A DNA stretch of 26,348 nucleotides from a virus (Duplodnaviria > Caudoviricetes). The first letter of the stretch is position 1. Every line of letters starts with the position of its first letter. The DNA lies in IMG/VR virus record IMGVR_UViG_3300011339_000515, positions 1-26,348 of that record; one strand, 5' to 3'. Made by a program: the position numbers and the translations under genes. The notes beneath the pieces are model-generated. The model worked only from the letters and a program-made list of their open reading frames with translations, did no database searches and was not told where the DNA came from. Shown here piece by piece: positions 1 to 9,204 of this stretch.

Positions 1-2
1 TA

Positions 3-1676
3 TACGCAACAGACCCAAATCAATCTGCTTTTGAACCTGAGTATTTTGGAGACTCGTTGTGTAATATTTACATTTCAACTGCTGATGGTGGTTATGACTT
101 ATACCGCGCCGCTGAAGTTGAGGATAATTTTGATTCGGGGTCGTCTGTTGACCAAGAGCAATATTATGACGATGGCTACGGCAACATTTACGCCCTAAAC
201 GACAATGGCGAATATGAGTTATACCGAGCCGCAGAAGTACCAGAAGACATTGTCGAGGAAGACTACGACCTATTCAATGGCGACAATACAGACTACACCG
301 ACTATGATTTTGGTAACTATGAAGAGCCGCCAGCGTATATTGAACCTGATTTAAGTTATTTAGACGATTACAAGCGCGGAGGCTTGATTACCATGATGAA
401 ACAAGGCGGAGTTGCTCATATGGCAGACGGTGGCTATATGCCTGATGGTGCTGTTGACAATGGAGATGGCACATACAGCATTGGTCGCTTTACTTACGAC
501 ATGATGACAGATGAGTACCTGTACTCTACTGACGACGGACAAATCACCAACGTCAATTCTGACGCCGTGTATTCGACAGACCCTGAAGAAGATTATTACG
601 ACACCGACTCATTAGGGAACGTGTACAAAAACGGAGAGTTTTATCGTGCCGCAGAAGCTGATGAGGACATCACATCCGCTGGCGGCGGTAATCGCCCTTG
701 GTATCAAGACCTTGGTAGTGCGTTATCAAAAGGCTTTACGGGTGCAACCAAATTAGGTAGCGATGCATTGAGCGGCATCACTGGCGCACTTGGTACAACC
801 GCAGGTGCGGCTGGGGCTGGCGCATTGGTTGCCACTTTGTTGGGTTCGGATTTTGGTGGCGGTGAAAATCAAAACCAAGGCTTGGATATGTCCAAGGTAG
901 GGGTCATCAATCCGCGCACCACTGACTTTGGGATTGGCCCAACCAAGTTTGTCGGATACGAAGACTACGGCACAGGTGGTGGTGACTACGCCCCAAACGA
1001 AGAGTTGTTGAGGAACTTGAATGCACCGGGCTTCAACCCCGTGAACGAAGGCGACTACGGCTACGAGGAAGTTGCCGCAGAGGAGCCAAAGATGGCTTCA
1101 GGCGGTCTTTCCTCAATGGCTACCCCTGTGGCTTCGTACTACACGTTTGGACAACCTGCGGACATCTTGGCAAACTTGGGTATGCGCCCACAGCCCCCAA
1201 CAAATCCTCCAGAAATGATGCCTCAGATTGGTCAGCAACAACAACCGCAACAAGCCCAACAGCAAGGTTTGCCACAACAGCAACCCCCTCAAATGGCGCA
1301 ACAAACGCCGCAGGGTATGCCACAGCAGGGCATCATGCCTCAACAACAGGGTATGGCTCCTCCGATGCGCAAAGGCGGTTTGCCCCACGCCTCTAACGTG
1401 CCAATCGTCGAAGGACGCATGGATTTCCGTCAAGGCTCCGCAGTGCATGGAGAGGGCGATGGACAATCTGACGACATTCCCGCTATGCTTGCGGATGGCG
1501 AGTATGTGATTGATGCTGAGACTGTTGCCCAGATTGGTAACGGCTCGACAAAGGCAGGCGCACAGGCTTTGGACAAGTTCCGTGAGGGCATCCGCGCCCA
1601 CAAGCGCTCTGCACCTATCAACAAGATACCGCCAAAGACAAAGGCGTTGACCTCATACCTCAAAGGAGCGAGATAA
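3..1676 (+). CDS. Acidic repeat-rich virion-associated/ejection protein, 5'-truncated
   Basis: Frame is open from base 3 (YATDPNQSAFEPEYFGDSL...), so the TTG at 57 is not the true start. Three Y-x-D/GN-x-Y...YRAAE repeats, five phi-x-x-GG motifs, a Q/P-rich tract and a C-terminal G-x-G-D-G-x-SDDIPAMLADGEYV block seen in phage virion proteins. Stop overlaps next ATG. Confidence 0.7.
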   Translation, partial: YATDPNQSAFEPEYFGDSLCNIYISTADGGYDLYRAAEVEDNFDSGSSVDQEQYYDDGYGNIYALNDNGEYELYRAAEVPEDIVEEDYDLFNGDNTDYTDYDFGNYEEPPAYIEPDLSYLDDYKRGGLITMMKQGGVAHMADGGYMPDGAVDNGDGTYSIGRFTYDMMTDEYLYSTDDGQITNVNSDAVYSTDPEEDYYDTDSLGNVYKNGEFYRAAEADEDITSAGGGNRPWYQDLGSALSKGFTGATKLGSDALSGITGALGTTAGAAGAGALVATLLGSDFGGGENQNQGLDMSKVGVINPRTTDFGIGPTKFVGYEDYGTGGGDYAPNEELLRNLNAPGFNPVNEGDYGYEEVAAEEPKMASGGLSSMATPVASYYTFGQPADILANLGMRPQPPTNPPEMMPQIGQQQQPQQAQQQGLPQQQPPQMAQQTPQGMPQQGIMPQQQGMAPPMRKGGLPHASNVPIVEGRMDFRQGSAVHGEGDGQSDDIPAMLADGEYVIDAETVAQIGNGSTKAGAQALDKFREGIRAHKRSAPINKIPPKTKALTSYLKGAR

Positions 1677-2671
1677 TGGCTGGCTTATTTCAGGGTGACC
1701 CATTACCCGCAATTACCAAGACGACGGAAGCCCAACAGACGGCTCCAGAGGTTTACACGAACTACCTTCAGGACATTGCCAACTTAGGTCAGAACGCTGT
1801 CCAACAGGGCGGTATTGCTGGTTTCAGCCCACTGCAACAGCAAGCCTTCCAGATGGCTCCAGACGTCGCTTTTGCTGGCTCTGGGTCTTTGGGTGCGGCT
1901 TCTCAATTGCTGGGCGAGGCAGGCTCTACGACCGTCCCTGACGTCATTGCTGACTACATGAACCCCTACACCTCAAGTGTGGTGGATGAGATGGGTCGCC
2001 TGACCAATCGCAATGTGCAAGAAAACATCCTGCCCAACCTTGGTGCGGCGGCTGTTGGTTCTGGTCAATTTGGTTCACGCCGTCAACAGCAGGTCACTGG
2101 CAACGCTTTGCGCGACATCCAGTCTGATTTGCTGGGTAAGCAGATGCAAGCCCTTCAGCAAGGTTATACACAGGCTGGCACGCAGGCTCAGACGGATTTG
2201 TCTCGCGCCCTGTCTTCTGGTCAAGCGTTTACCAACTTAGGTCAAGAACAACAGCAATTGGGTACAGCAGGTCTGAAGACCATGTCTGATTACGGCTTAC
2301 AACAGCAGGCTCAAGGTCAGAAGTTGCTCGACTACCCAATGGCGCAAGCTCAACAGTTTGCCAAGCTGATGCAGGGCTACCAAATGCCTATGGGTACAAC
2401 CACGCAGGCGACTGGCTCCGAAGGTTACTCCAACAGCCCGTTGTCGCAGATTGCTGGCTTGGGTTCATTGATTGCTTCGTTGTTCCCGAATAAATCCTCT
2501 ATGGACGCTTACTATGAAGCCATGACGCCAAAAAGAAAAGAGGGCGGCCCAATTCGTAAAGCCAATGGTGGTGGTGTGCGCCTCGCTGATGGCGGAATGG
2601 CTCCAACTGGTTCAGAATATCACGATGGCAACGGAAATTTTTACGATGCCGATGGCTACTTAGTGAGGTAA
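1676..2671 (+). CDS. Putative internal virion / DNA ejection (pilot-like) protein
   Basis: 331 aa, A/G/Q-rich, with 'AGFSPLQQQAF', 'YMNPY...VVD' and 'GQFGSRRQ' blocks typical of podovirus ejection proteins; RBS AGGAG at ~1663; lies upstream of the SLT gene. Confidence 0.6.
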   Translation: MAGLFQGDPLPAITKTTEAQQTAPEVYTNYLQDIANLGQNAVQQGGIAGFSPLQQQAFQMAPDVAFAGSGSLGAASQLLGEAGSTTVPDVIADYMNPYTSSVVDEMGRLTNRNVQENILPNLGAAAVGSGQFGSRRQQQVTGNALRDIQSDLLGKQMQALQQGYTQAGTQAQTDLSRALSSGQAFTNLGQEQQQLGTAGLKTMSDYGLQQQAQGQKLLDYPMAQAQQFAKLMQGYQMPMGTTTQATGSEGYSNSPLSQIAGLGSLIASLFPNKSSMDAYYEAMTPKRKEGGPIRKANGGGVRLADGGMAPTGSEYHDGNGNFYDADGYLVR

Positions 2672-2674
2672 GGA

Positions 2675-4681
2675 ATGGCAAATCCCCCATCAACAGGCGG
2701 CTTAAACCAAGTCTCTGCGCAAAACAAACCACCAGTACAAGCGGGTGGCAAATTTGATGCAAGCGCAGTGCAAGCGGAGAACCTTGAAGAGATAAGCAAA
2801 TCGAAACCGACTGGCTTAAAAGAAAAAATTGTTGACGACCTTGGCGACCAGCGCGAGGCAATGAACGCCGCATTGGTGCGTATGCGCGAGAGTTTAGATA
2901 TTCGCAAGAACAGGATGTTTGACCCTGTTCTGATGCAGACCGCCGCAGGCTTCTTAAAACCCACCAAGACAGGCTCGTTTGGTGAGTCCTTGGGTAATGC
3001 CGCAGAAGGTGCTGGAGCCGCCGCAGAGCGCGAGTTACTCCTTGATAGAGAAAATCAAAAGTTGGAAATGGAACTCCTTGCAAAAGAGCAAGAGTTCCGC
3101 CAACAGCTAGGTGGTGACCAATTGATGAGCGCGTTGCTTGGTGGGCCAAGGACTGGGGCATCTACCACCGCACCTGCTCCTGCGGGTGGAGCGGTGACAT
3201 CGCAAAATGGCGCTCCAAGGGTTTCTGGTGCGGTATCCCCAGTTGACTTGGCAACTCCATCAGGTCAACAGCAAGTTATTGCAGGTGTGCGCTCAGGACG
3301 CATTCAAGTCACTGATGAAATATTGGCTATTGCAAGTCGCGTTGCTCCAAAAATGCTTCCATTCCTTCAGGAGATGCGCAAGTCTCAAGGGGAAGAAGAG
3401 AAAAATCGTATTGCTAGAGAAGACCTTGATTTCAAACTTAAGTCTGAAAAGCGCAAGGTTATCCCTCGTGGTTTGCGCACAGAGCGCGAGATGAATGCAG
3501 GCGAATACGCAAAATATGAAGCCGCTAAAGCGCAATATTTCACTGATGGCGACGAGAACAAGTTGCTTGACTTCTATGACCGAATGGGTTGGCTTCAGTC
3601 TGAGCAGGATGGTGGTCGCAAGCTTACGCCAAAGTCAGCCGACGGAACATCTACAGCAGGTGGAACATCGCAAGCAGATGGAAAGCCGTCAGCAGTTGGA
3701 ACATCAACAACAGGCGGAACATCAACAGTTGGTAGTACATCAACGGTCGGCGGAACATCAACAACAGGTGAAGTTGGGTCATCAACAATTCCTCGCGCTA
3801 AAACTACAACTCAATTGGACGAGGAAAAAGCTAGAAGAGAACTTGAAATTGCTATTGAGAAAAAGAAAAGAGAATCCGAAATTGAAGTTGAAGCATCAGG
3901 ACAAAAAGAAACGCAAACAGAACGCGCCAAAGCGGCTGAAGCGCGTGGAAACTCAATTCTTGCTCGTGGCGAGAATGCTTTGAACATGGAGGCTTTGGCT
4001 ACCGACGTTTTGAGTCTGACTGATTCAAACGCCAAAGCGTTCAATTTGATGCAAAACCCAACCGTGCGTGATTCTGTTTTGCGTGCAATTGAGCAGGGTG
4101 CATCAATAACGACAGGGCCAATGACGGTGGCAATTAATTTGCCTGTTCGCGTTGCGTTGCAGGGTAACAAAGAATACCAATTGACAAAACAAGACATTGA
4201 AGCGTTGCAATTGTTCCAACAAAAGCAATCTGCAATTACGGCAGAGATGCGCAAAATGGCAAGAACACCGGGCGAGGGCGCGACAGACAAAGCCGAGGGT
4301 CAGTTGTACGCCGCTATTGGCATATTGCCTACCGACTCAGCCAAAGTGTTGGCGCTAAAGTCAGAGGCAATGATTCAACGCGCTCGTTACGACGCCCGCG
4401 CCGCAGAGTTGTGGTCTCAGTTTCAAGATAGAGAACCCAACAAGACATTTACATACTTTCAGCAGAACAATCCAGAGTTCAAAGAACTTCAAAAGAACTA
4501 TGTGCGAACGCTCAATGATATGCGTGAGAAGAACGCAGACACATTGCGGTCATCTCCCAAAAAGGCTTCTTCCTCAGCCGAACCTAATGCCGAGAAAAAG
4601 GCAAAGCCTCCTGAAAATGAAAGTCCATTAGATAAATTCAAGCGCGAAAAAGCAGAGCGCGAAGCGAGAGGTAAGCAATAA
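2675..4681 (+). CDS. Putative internal virion / ejection protein (coiled-coil rich)
   Basis: 668-aa ORF in a tightly packed operon, RBS-like GAGGTAAGGA, charged helical segments, internal G/T/S repeat. Confidence 0.6.
   Translation: MANPPSTGGLNQVSAQNKPPVQAGGKFDASAVQAENLEEISKSKPTGLKEKIVDDLGDQREAMNAALVRMRESLDIRKNRMFDPVLMQTAAGFLKPTKTGSFGESLGNAAEGAGAAAERELLLDRENQKLEMELLAKEQEFRQQLGGDQLMSALLGGPRTGASTTAPAPAGGAVTSQNGAPRVSGAVSPVDLATPSGQQQVIAGVRSGRIQVTDEILAIASRVAPKMLPFLQEMRKSQGEEEKNRIAREDLDFKLKSEKRKVIPRGLRTEREMNAGEYAKYEAAKAQYFTDGDENKLLDFYDRMGWLQSEQDGGRKLTPKSADGTSTAGGTSQADGKPSAVGTSTTGGTSTVGSTSTVGGTSTTGEVGSSTIPRAKTTTQLDEEKARRELEIAIEKKKRESEIEVEASGQKETQTERAKAAEARGNSILARGENALNMEALATDVLSLTDSNAKAFNLMQNPTVRDSVLRAIEQGASITTGPMTVAINLPVRVALQGNKEYQLTKQDIEALQLFQQKQSAITAEMRKMARTPGEGATDKAEGQLYAAIGILPTDSAKVLALKSEAMIQRARYDARAAELWSQFQDREPNKTFTYFQQNNPEFKELQKNYVRTLNDMREKNADTLRSSPKKASSSAEPNAEKKAKPPENESPLDKFKREKAEREARGKQ
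3644..3790 (+). repeat. Degenerate 18-bp tandem repeat (GGAACATCAACAxxxGGx) encoding GTSTxG hexapeptides
   Basis: GTSTAG GTSQAD GKPSAV GTSTTG GTSTVG STSTVG GTSTTG read directly in frame. Confidence 0.85.
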
Positions 4682-6426
4682 TGGATTTCAACAAACTTAC
4701 CCCTGAGCAATTTAAAGTTGCCGAGATGGTTATTGAGGCGGCTGAGGCAAATAATGTTGACCCCAACTTACTTTTGGCGCAGGCTTTTCGCGAGTCTCAA
4801 TTTAAACAAATTCCATCAGCCGACCCTAAGAGCGATGCTTTTGGCGTAATGCAAATCCGTCCAAGTACGGCAGAGCAAAACAAACTTGGCGACATTACTG
4901 ATTTGCGAACCAATATTTTTGGTGGCGCAAAGCTGATGAAGCAGTACCTTGATAAGTACAAGTCGCCAGAGGCGGCGTTGCTTGCGTATCACCAAGGCCC
5001 CGGCGTTGCTGACGCATACATTAAATCTGGTGGAGACCTAAAAGCGGTTGGCCCAAAGGGCTTGGACTACGTTATTGCCATTGGCGAGAACGGAGGCTTT
5101 GGGCAATCAACAAAAGCCGACGCCTCAACAGAAGGCAACCCCAACAACCCATTTGCAGTTGGCGTACCTTTAGCGGATAAGGCGCGTGAAGATTCAAAAA
5201 TTGAAGAAGTAATAGAGCCTTCAGAACCCCCTGCCAATGAAATTGACCCAAAAAAAGCGGCGCTTGCTGGAGCGGCGGCAAACTTGTTTTTGCCTATGTT
5301 TACCGACCCGCAGGTATCTCCAAAGGTTGATACGAGCAGGGCGGTTGAGGCAAACTTATCTGCACAAGACAAGCTAGAGTTGGCTCGTCGCAATTTTCAA
5401 GAAGCCGCTCCTCAAGGTATGTATAACCTTGAAGAGACCTATAGACAAAATCAAATGGAACTTGAGCGACTCAAGAATGAACAGCGTCTGGCTCAGGAGC
5501 GTTTGAGGGGGTTACCTAAAAATGCGCCAACGATTGAATCGTCAACACCCCCTGTAGCCGATGAAGTGCCGTCGCGGACAAAAGCAGGAGCCTCTGGCGC
5601 GTCCAATTGGGTGCGGGCTATGGGTGAGGATGTTCCTGACGTTTTGGCTGACCAAGCCGCTAATATGCGCAAGGACAACCCCAGAGGTGGTCAAGCAATT
5701 ATTGATGCCAACACAGCGGCAATTCAAAAACAATCTGATTTGGGCTTGGGTGACTACAGTCTTACCCGCACCGAGGGTGGCGCTCAATTGGCTTTGCCAC
5801 CCACCACCGTGGCAGAACGTCAAGCTGAAATAGAGCGTCAGAACCAAGCAAACCAAGCTGAGTTAGAACGCAAAGCCTATGAAACAAAAATCCAACAAGA
5901 GACTCAAAATTGGGTAGCAGAGCAACAACGATTGGCTCACGAGGAGCAATTAGAGCGCCTACGTCAAGAGCGTGCAACGGCAGGTCAGCGACAAAATGTT
6001 TTGTCAGGTCAATTAAAAGATGTGAAGCCATTGCAAAAAGCAGTTAAAACGGCTGAAACAAACGCAGAGATTGCCCAACGCAAATTGGCGCGTGCAAATC
6101 AACAACCAAACACCGCAGGGCGCTTGCTTGAAAGGGTTGGCGTTGCATCCACCAAGATGGGCGCTATCCCACGAACCGTTGTTGGTGGAGGGCTTGGCTA
6201 TTTTGGCGCTATGAGTTACCAAGAAGCGTTGGAGCGGGCTAAGGCTGGAGACACCAGCGAAGCTGTTTTAAATGCTTTGCAGGCGGGTTCTGCGGGTCTG
6301 TCTTTGTTGCCACCAGCAGGAAAGACGATGACCAAGGCAAAGGGCTTGGGTAAAGCTGGTGTCATTTCTACATATGGTTTTGACTTGGGCAGACGTCTGT
6401 TAAAAGAGCGCCCTGACGAACAATAA
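4681..6426 (+). CDS. Virion protein with N-terminal soluble lytic transglycosylase (SLT) domain
   Basis: SLT motifs VDPNLLLAQAFRES (catalytic Glu), AFGVMQI, NIFGGAKLMKQYLDKY, ALLAYHQGPG; coiled-coil and G/A-rich C-terminus. Confidence 0.85.
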   Translation: MDFNKLTPEQFKVAEMVIEAAEANNVDPNLLLAQAFRESQFKQIPSADPKSDAFGVMQIRPSTAEQNKLGDITDLRTNIFGGAKLMKQYLDKYKSPEAALLAYHQGPGVADAYIKSGGDLKAVGPKGLDYVIAIGENGGFGQSTKADASTEGNPNNPFAVGVPLADKAREDSKIEEVIEPSEPPANEIDPKKAALAGAAANLFLPMFTDPQVSPKVDTSRAVEANLSAQDKLELARRNFQEAAPQGMYNLEETYRQNQMELERLKNEQRLAQERLRGLPKNAPTIESSTPPVADEVPSRTKAGASGASNWVRAMGEDVPDVLADQAANMRKDNPRGGQAIIDANTAAIQKQSDLGLGDYSLTRTEGGAQLALPPTTVAERQAEIERQNQANQAELERKAYETKIQQETQNWVAEQQRLAHEEQLERLRQERATAGQRQNVLSGQLKDVKPLQKAVKTAETNAEIAQRKLARANQQPNTAGRLLERVGVASTKMGAIPRTVVGGGLGYFGAMSYQEALERAKAGDTSEAVLNALQAGSAGLSLLPPAGKTMTKAKGLGKAGVISTYGFDLGRRLLKERPDEQ

Positions 6427-6455
6427 TTTTCAGGAGCAGTTGCCACTCTCCTTTT

Positions 6456-6481
6456 AGCCCCCCTCACGGGGGGCTTTTTTT
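6456..6481 (+). terminator. Rho-independent terminator closing the virion operon
   Basis: AGCCCCCC-TCAC-GGGGGGCT stem-loop followed by a T run, between convergent genes. Confidence 0.9.
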
Positions 6482-6701
6482 ATGCAGGTCGAAGCGTTTC
6501 TAATTTGTCGCCAACAGCGCGGTTCAGGTCTTTGACAATCTTCACACAGCGGGCGTGTTCTTTTCGAGCGTGTTCCACAGCAAGGTACAACTCAATGTTG
6601 TGTGCAAACTGCATGATGTCTACCTCGTCAGCAATCAGCGGGTCTTTACGAGGGCGGTCGCTTTGGAAGAAGATTTGTTTGACGGTTTCTTCACTTAACA
6701 T
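6480..6701 (-). CDS. Hypothetical phage protein (73 aa)
   Basis: ATG preceded by AAGGAG; last gene of the leftward operon. Confidence 0.7.
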   Translation of the reverse strand: MLSEETVKQIFFQSDRPRKDPLIADEVDIMQFAHNIELYLAVEHARKEHARCVKIVKDLNRAVGDKLETLRPA

Positions 6702-6710
6702 TTTTACTCC

Positions 6711-7484
6711 TTACTTGTGTGAATTTTTAAGTTGCCAAAATTGAAGCAGGTGGGTGAACATATCCCAGCCACGGTCAAGGTCTTCAAGGCTCCACTCGCG
6801 CACCACAACAAGGTCAGGAACGCTACGAGAGACAAAGACGTTGGCACAGCGGGCTTTGGGGATACCTAAACCGACTCGGTAAGCTGAGAGTTGCATGAGG
6901 TGTTCGTCATACCCGTCAACCTTTGCGGGGTCGGTGAACTCTTTGGTTTTGATGTCGGCGACGATGCCTTCTCCGTCGGCAGAAAATAAATCGCACTTAC
7001 CGCCAAAACCGAGGTCATGTGCGAACGAACGCTCAGATACCCATCGTTGTTGACCAAAGTGTTTGGTGATTGCGAGGTCGCAGGCTTGGACACTCTCGTG
7101 GTGCTTGCCTGTCGGGTTGTTTTCATAGAAGCCTTGAATGGATGCATGGATGTCAGTTCCCGCATCCGCCGCCGAACGACCCTGTTCTTTGGAATCGTTG
7201 ATGATTCGGTCTATGTATTCCTTTTCAGGTTCGTCGGGGCGGCGGGGAAGGGTAAGAGCGGCGAGTAGCACCTGTTGCTGAAGCCAAGCTGTCAGCGCGG
7301 GTTTTGCCGCAACGCTCAAGATTGTAGTGACGCTAGGAACCAAGTTCATGGTTCTGGCATCGCGAAGGGTAGTTGCACGAGGTGAGCCGTCCTTCTTTGA
7401 GGGTACGGTGTATTGCGGCACGCCATCGCGGGTGTACCAATGGTTGGATTCGCTTGCGCGTATCGCTGGGGTTGTGATGGTCAT
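6711..7484 (-). CDS. PD-(D/E)XK exonuclease (RecB/Cas4-like phage recombination nuclease)
   Basis: PSVTTIL, GTDIH, E...GGKCDL...ADIKT and QLSAY motifs. Confidence 0.85.
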   Translation of the reverse strand: MTITTPAIRASESNHWYTRDGVPQYTVPSKKDGSPRATTLRDARTMNLVPSVTTILSVAAKPALTAWLQQQVLLAALTLPRRPDEPEKEYIDRIINDSKEQGRSAADAGTDIHASIQGFYENNPTGKHHESVQACDLAITKHFGQQRWVSERSFAHDLGFGGKCDLFSADGEGIVADIKTKEFTDPAKVDGYDEHLMQLSAYRVGLGIPKARCANVFVSRSVPDLVVVREWSLEDLDRGWDMFTHLLQFWQLKNSHK

Positions 7485-7708
7485 TTGCGTGTTCTCCGAA
7501 CTGCTTTCTTGGCGACTGGTCGACCGCGAGGCTTGGGTGCAGTCTTGACGTGTTCTGCATACGCCGCATCAAACTGCTCCTCGACGTGCTGTGTGAAGCC
7601 GCGCATAATTTCTTGTTCTGCTTCTTCTTGCAGTTGCCTGATTAAATTGTCTGCTTTTTCTTGTATTGCCTCAATTAAAAATTGAAGTTCAGTTATGTTT
7701 ACATTCAT
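7481..7708 (-). CDS. Hypothetical protein with basic AT-hook-like tail (KPRGRP)
   Basis: RBS AGGAG; 4-bp overlap with the nuclease gene; helical N-terminus, basic C-terminus. Confidence 0.65.
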   Translation of the reverse strand: MNVNITELQFLIEAIQEKADNLIRQLQEEAEQEIMRGFTQHVEEQFDAAYAEHVKTAPKPRGRPVAKKAVRRTRK

Positions 7709-7717
7709 GTTTTTCTC

Positions 7718-7873
7718 CTAGTTGAACCAAAGATAAAAGCCGTGCAATATTCCGATGGGAAAGAAGATTGCGCCAGCCACCAAGAAGCCCCACATTGCCT
7801 GTCCAAAGCAAGTGAAGATGTGTGTGAGCCATGCAATAAAGCAGGTGATGCCAATGAGTCCGCCCCAGTTCAT
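7718..7873 (-). CDS. Small membrane protein (51 aa, two hydrophobic segments); not in ORF track
   Basis: Manual translation MNWGGLIGITCFIAWLTHIFTCFGQAMWGFLVAGAIFFPIGILHGFYLWFN*; RBS AAGGA; fills the gap between neighbours. Confidence 0.75.
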   Translation of the reverse strand: MNWGGLIGITCFIAWLTHIFTCFGQAMWGFLVAGAIFFPIGILHGFYLWFN

Positions 7874-7882
7874 GTTTATTCC

Positions 7883-8260
7883 TTATTGAAATTCTTGGGC
7901 ATCTGCCCAGTTGTACCAGCGCGTGACAAACTTTTTGAGGTCATCAGCAGATTTGCCACGCACCCTGAAGCGACCGTCTGAGCAGAGTTGCTCAAACTTC
8001 TCGACCACCATGTCACCGTCCGTGTTGCCTTGGATGATGACTACGGTGAACTGGGGTTGCCTTGCCAGATTGCGCAGTAGCAACCCCTGTCCTTGGCTTA
8101 TGCCTTCACCCTCCCGCTTCCATTCACCAACAAAGAATTTGCACTTGCGTTCAAAGACCATGTCAATGTTGCAGGGAGTCGCTTTCGGGTTGGTTTCAAT
8201 CAGCCCTTTGAACTGAAAGAAGTCAACGTGCGTCGCGTGTTGGTTGCGCATCAGCCGCAT
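7883..8260 (-). CDS. Hypothetical protein, possible restriction-endonuclease-like fold
   Basis: CNIDMVFERKCKFFVGEWK resembles the D-x(n)-E-x-K catalytic pattern; 2-bp gap after upstream stop. Confidence 0.55.
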   Translation of the reverse strand: MRLMRNQHATHVDFFQFKGLIETNPKATPCNIDMVFERKCKFFVGEWKREGEGISQGQGLLLRNLARQPQFTVVIIQGNTDGDMVVEKFEQLCSDGRFRVRGKSADDLKKFVTRWYNWADAQEFQ

Positions 8261-8262
8261 GG

Positions 8263-8919
8263 TCAGAAGGGGATGTCGTCGTCCATGTCGTCAAAGCCAC
8301 TTGAGGCGGCTTTAGCGGGCGCTGGAGCGCTTGATTTGCCTCCGCGTGCCTGCCACTCAGGGGACTTGCCAATCTTCTCCTTGAGACCGTTGCTGAAGCT
8401 GTCAAACAGCGTCATGTCAGGCTCGTCGATGGAGAACATCTTCAGGTCGTTGTGAGCCTCTGGCATCCCTGCTTTTTTGATGGCTGGGGGTATAGACATA
8501 ATGGCGGCAATGTTGGTGTATTCCTTGCCGTTGTTGCCCATCGCCTTGATGACCGAAATCATTGCCCATACGCCAAGCACGTTCTTGAGTTCAAAGCCAC
8601 GCAACTCGTCTGCGGTGAACTCTTTGCCTCGCCACGTTTGCAGGTCTTTGCGCAAGGTTGCCTTCTCCGCCAGCGAGAGCGTAAAGTTCTTGCTGATGGA
8701 CATCGGTTCGCCCTTGGCGGTAACGATAGGCTTGCCAGTCTCGTCCTCGCCATGCACCTCAAATTGCAACATCACTTTGGGCAGATGCTTAATCGTTCCA
8801 AGGTAGGTTGTCTCTTGGGTTCCCAAGTCAATGATTCGATAACACCGTGCAAGGTGCATCCCTTGTGGTACGGGGGTAAACTCACCGCCCCCTCCGCTTT
8901 CTTTCGCTATTAAAGCCAT
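8263..8919 (-). CDS. Putative single-stranded DNA-binding / recombination protein
   Basis: Likely start MALIAKES (AGGAG RBS, overlap with upstream stop). A flexible linker precedes the acidic SSB-type tail FDDMDDDIPF. Confidence 0.7.
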   Translation of the reverse strand: MALIAKESGGGGEFTPVPQGMHLARCYRIIDLGTQETTYLGTIKHLPKVMLQFEVHGEDETGKPIVTAKGEPMSISKNFTLSLAEKATLRKDLQTWRGKEFTADELRGFELKNVLGVWAMISVIKAMGNNGKEYTNIAAIMSIPPAIKKAGMPEAHNDLKMFSIDEPDMTLFDSFSNGLKEKIGKSPEWQARGGKSSAPAPAKAASSGFDDMDDDIPF

Positions 8920-9101
8920 TATTCGCTCCTGATTGATATGGTTTCTAAAGTCACAATTGGACGCTTGGGCAACCCGCATTCACTGCGGATGATGTTCCAG
9001 TCGTCCCCACTAGCAACGCCTGTCTCAGCCCTTTGCAGAGCCTCCTCAAGCATTTGCATTCTTTCCAGCATAAGCTGGTTCATTTCGTCTTCGCTATGCA
9101 T
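8919..9101 (-). CDS. Hypothetical protein (60 aa), first gene of leftward operon
   Basis: Just downstream of the leftward promoter; stop overlaps next ATG. Confidence 0.6.
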   Translation of the reverse strand: MHSEDEMNQLMLERMQMLEEALQRAETGVASGDDWNIIRSECGLPKRPIVTLETISIRSE

Positions 9102-9128
9102 AGTCCGCTTTTAAGTTAAACTGAACGA

Positions 9129-9180
9129 AGTGTATCACGTTTAATTTCGTGTTGCACGACTTTTTTTTGTAGTGTATGAT
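9129..9180. promoter_or_regulatory. Overlapping divergent sigma70-type promoters
   Basis: Rightward TTGCAC(9152)-17 bp-TATGAT(9175) with a TG upstream; leftward GTGCAA-17 bp-TACACT (9134..9129) with extended -10 TG. The two -35 boxes occupy the same 6 bp. Confidence 0.75.
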
Positions 9181-9204
9181 TCGCTTAAACAAGAAAGGAA
9201 CCCA

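Noticed and set aside
2499-3161. 220-aa minus-strand ORF (also 1113-1601, 3811-4290)
   Set aside because: Antisense shadows of well-supported, coupled plus-strand virion genes; no motifs or RBS.
3644-3790. CRISPR-like array
   Set aside because: Repeats are contiguous, degenerate and in-frame coding, with no unique spacers; no cas operon (the PD-(D/E)XK gene sits in a recombination module).
4681-6426. Endolysin / lysis cassette
   Set aside because: The SLT domain is fused to a long coiled-coil body at the end of the ejection-protein cluster with no adjacent holin, which fits a virion-associated hydrolase better.
6432-6452. Small AGGAG-N11-CTCCT hairpin before the terminator
   Set aside because: Only a 5-bp stem with a single copy in the window; not enough support for a separate element.
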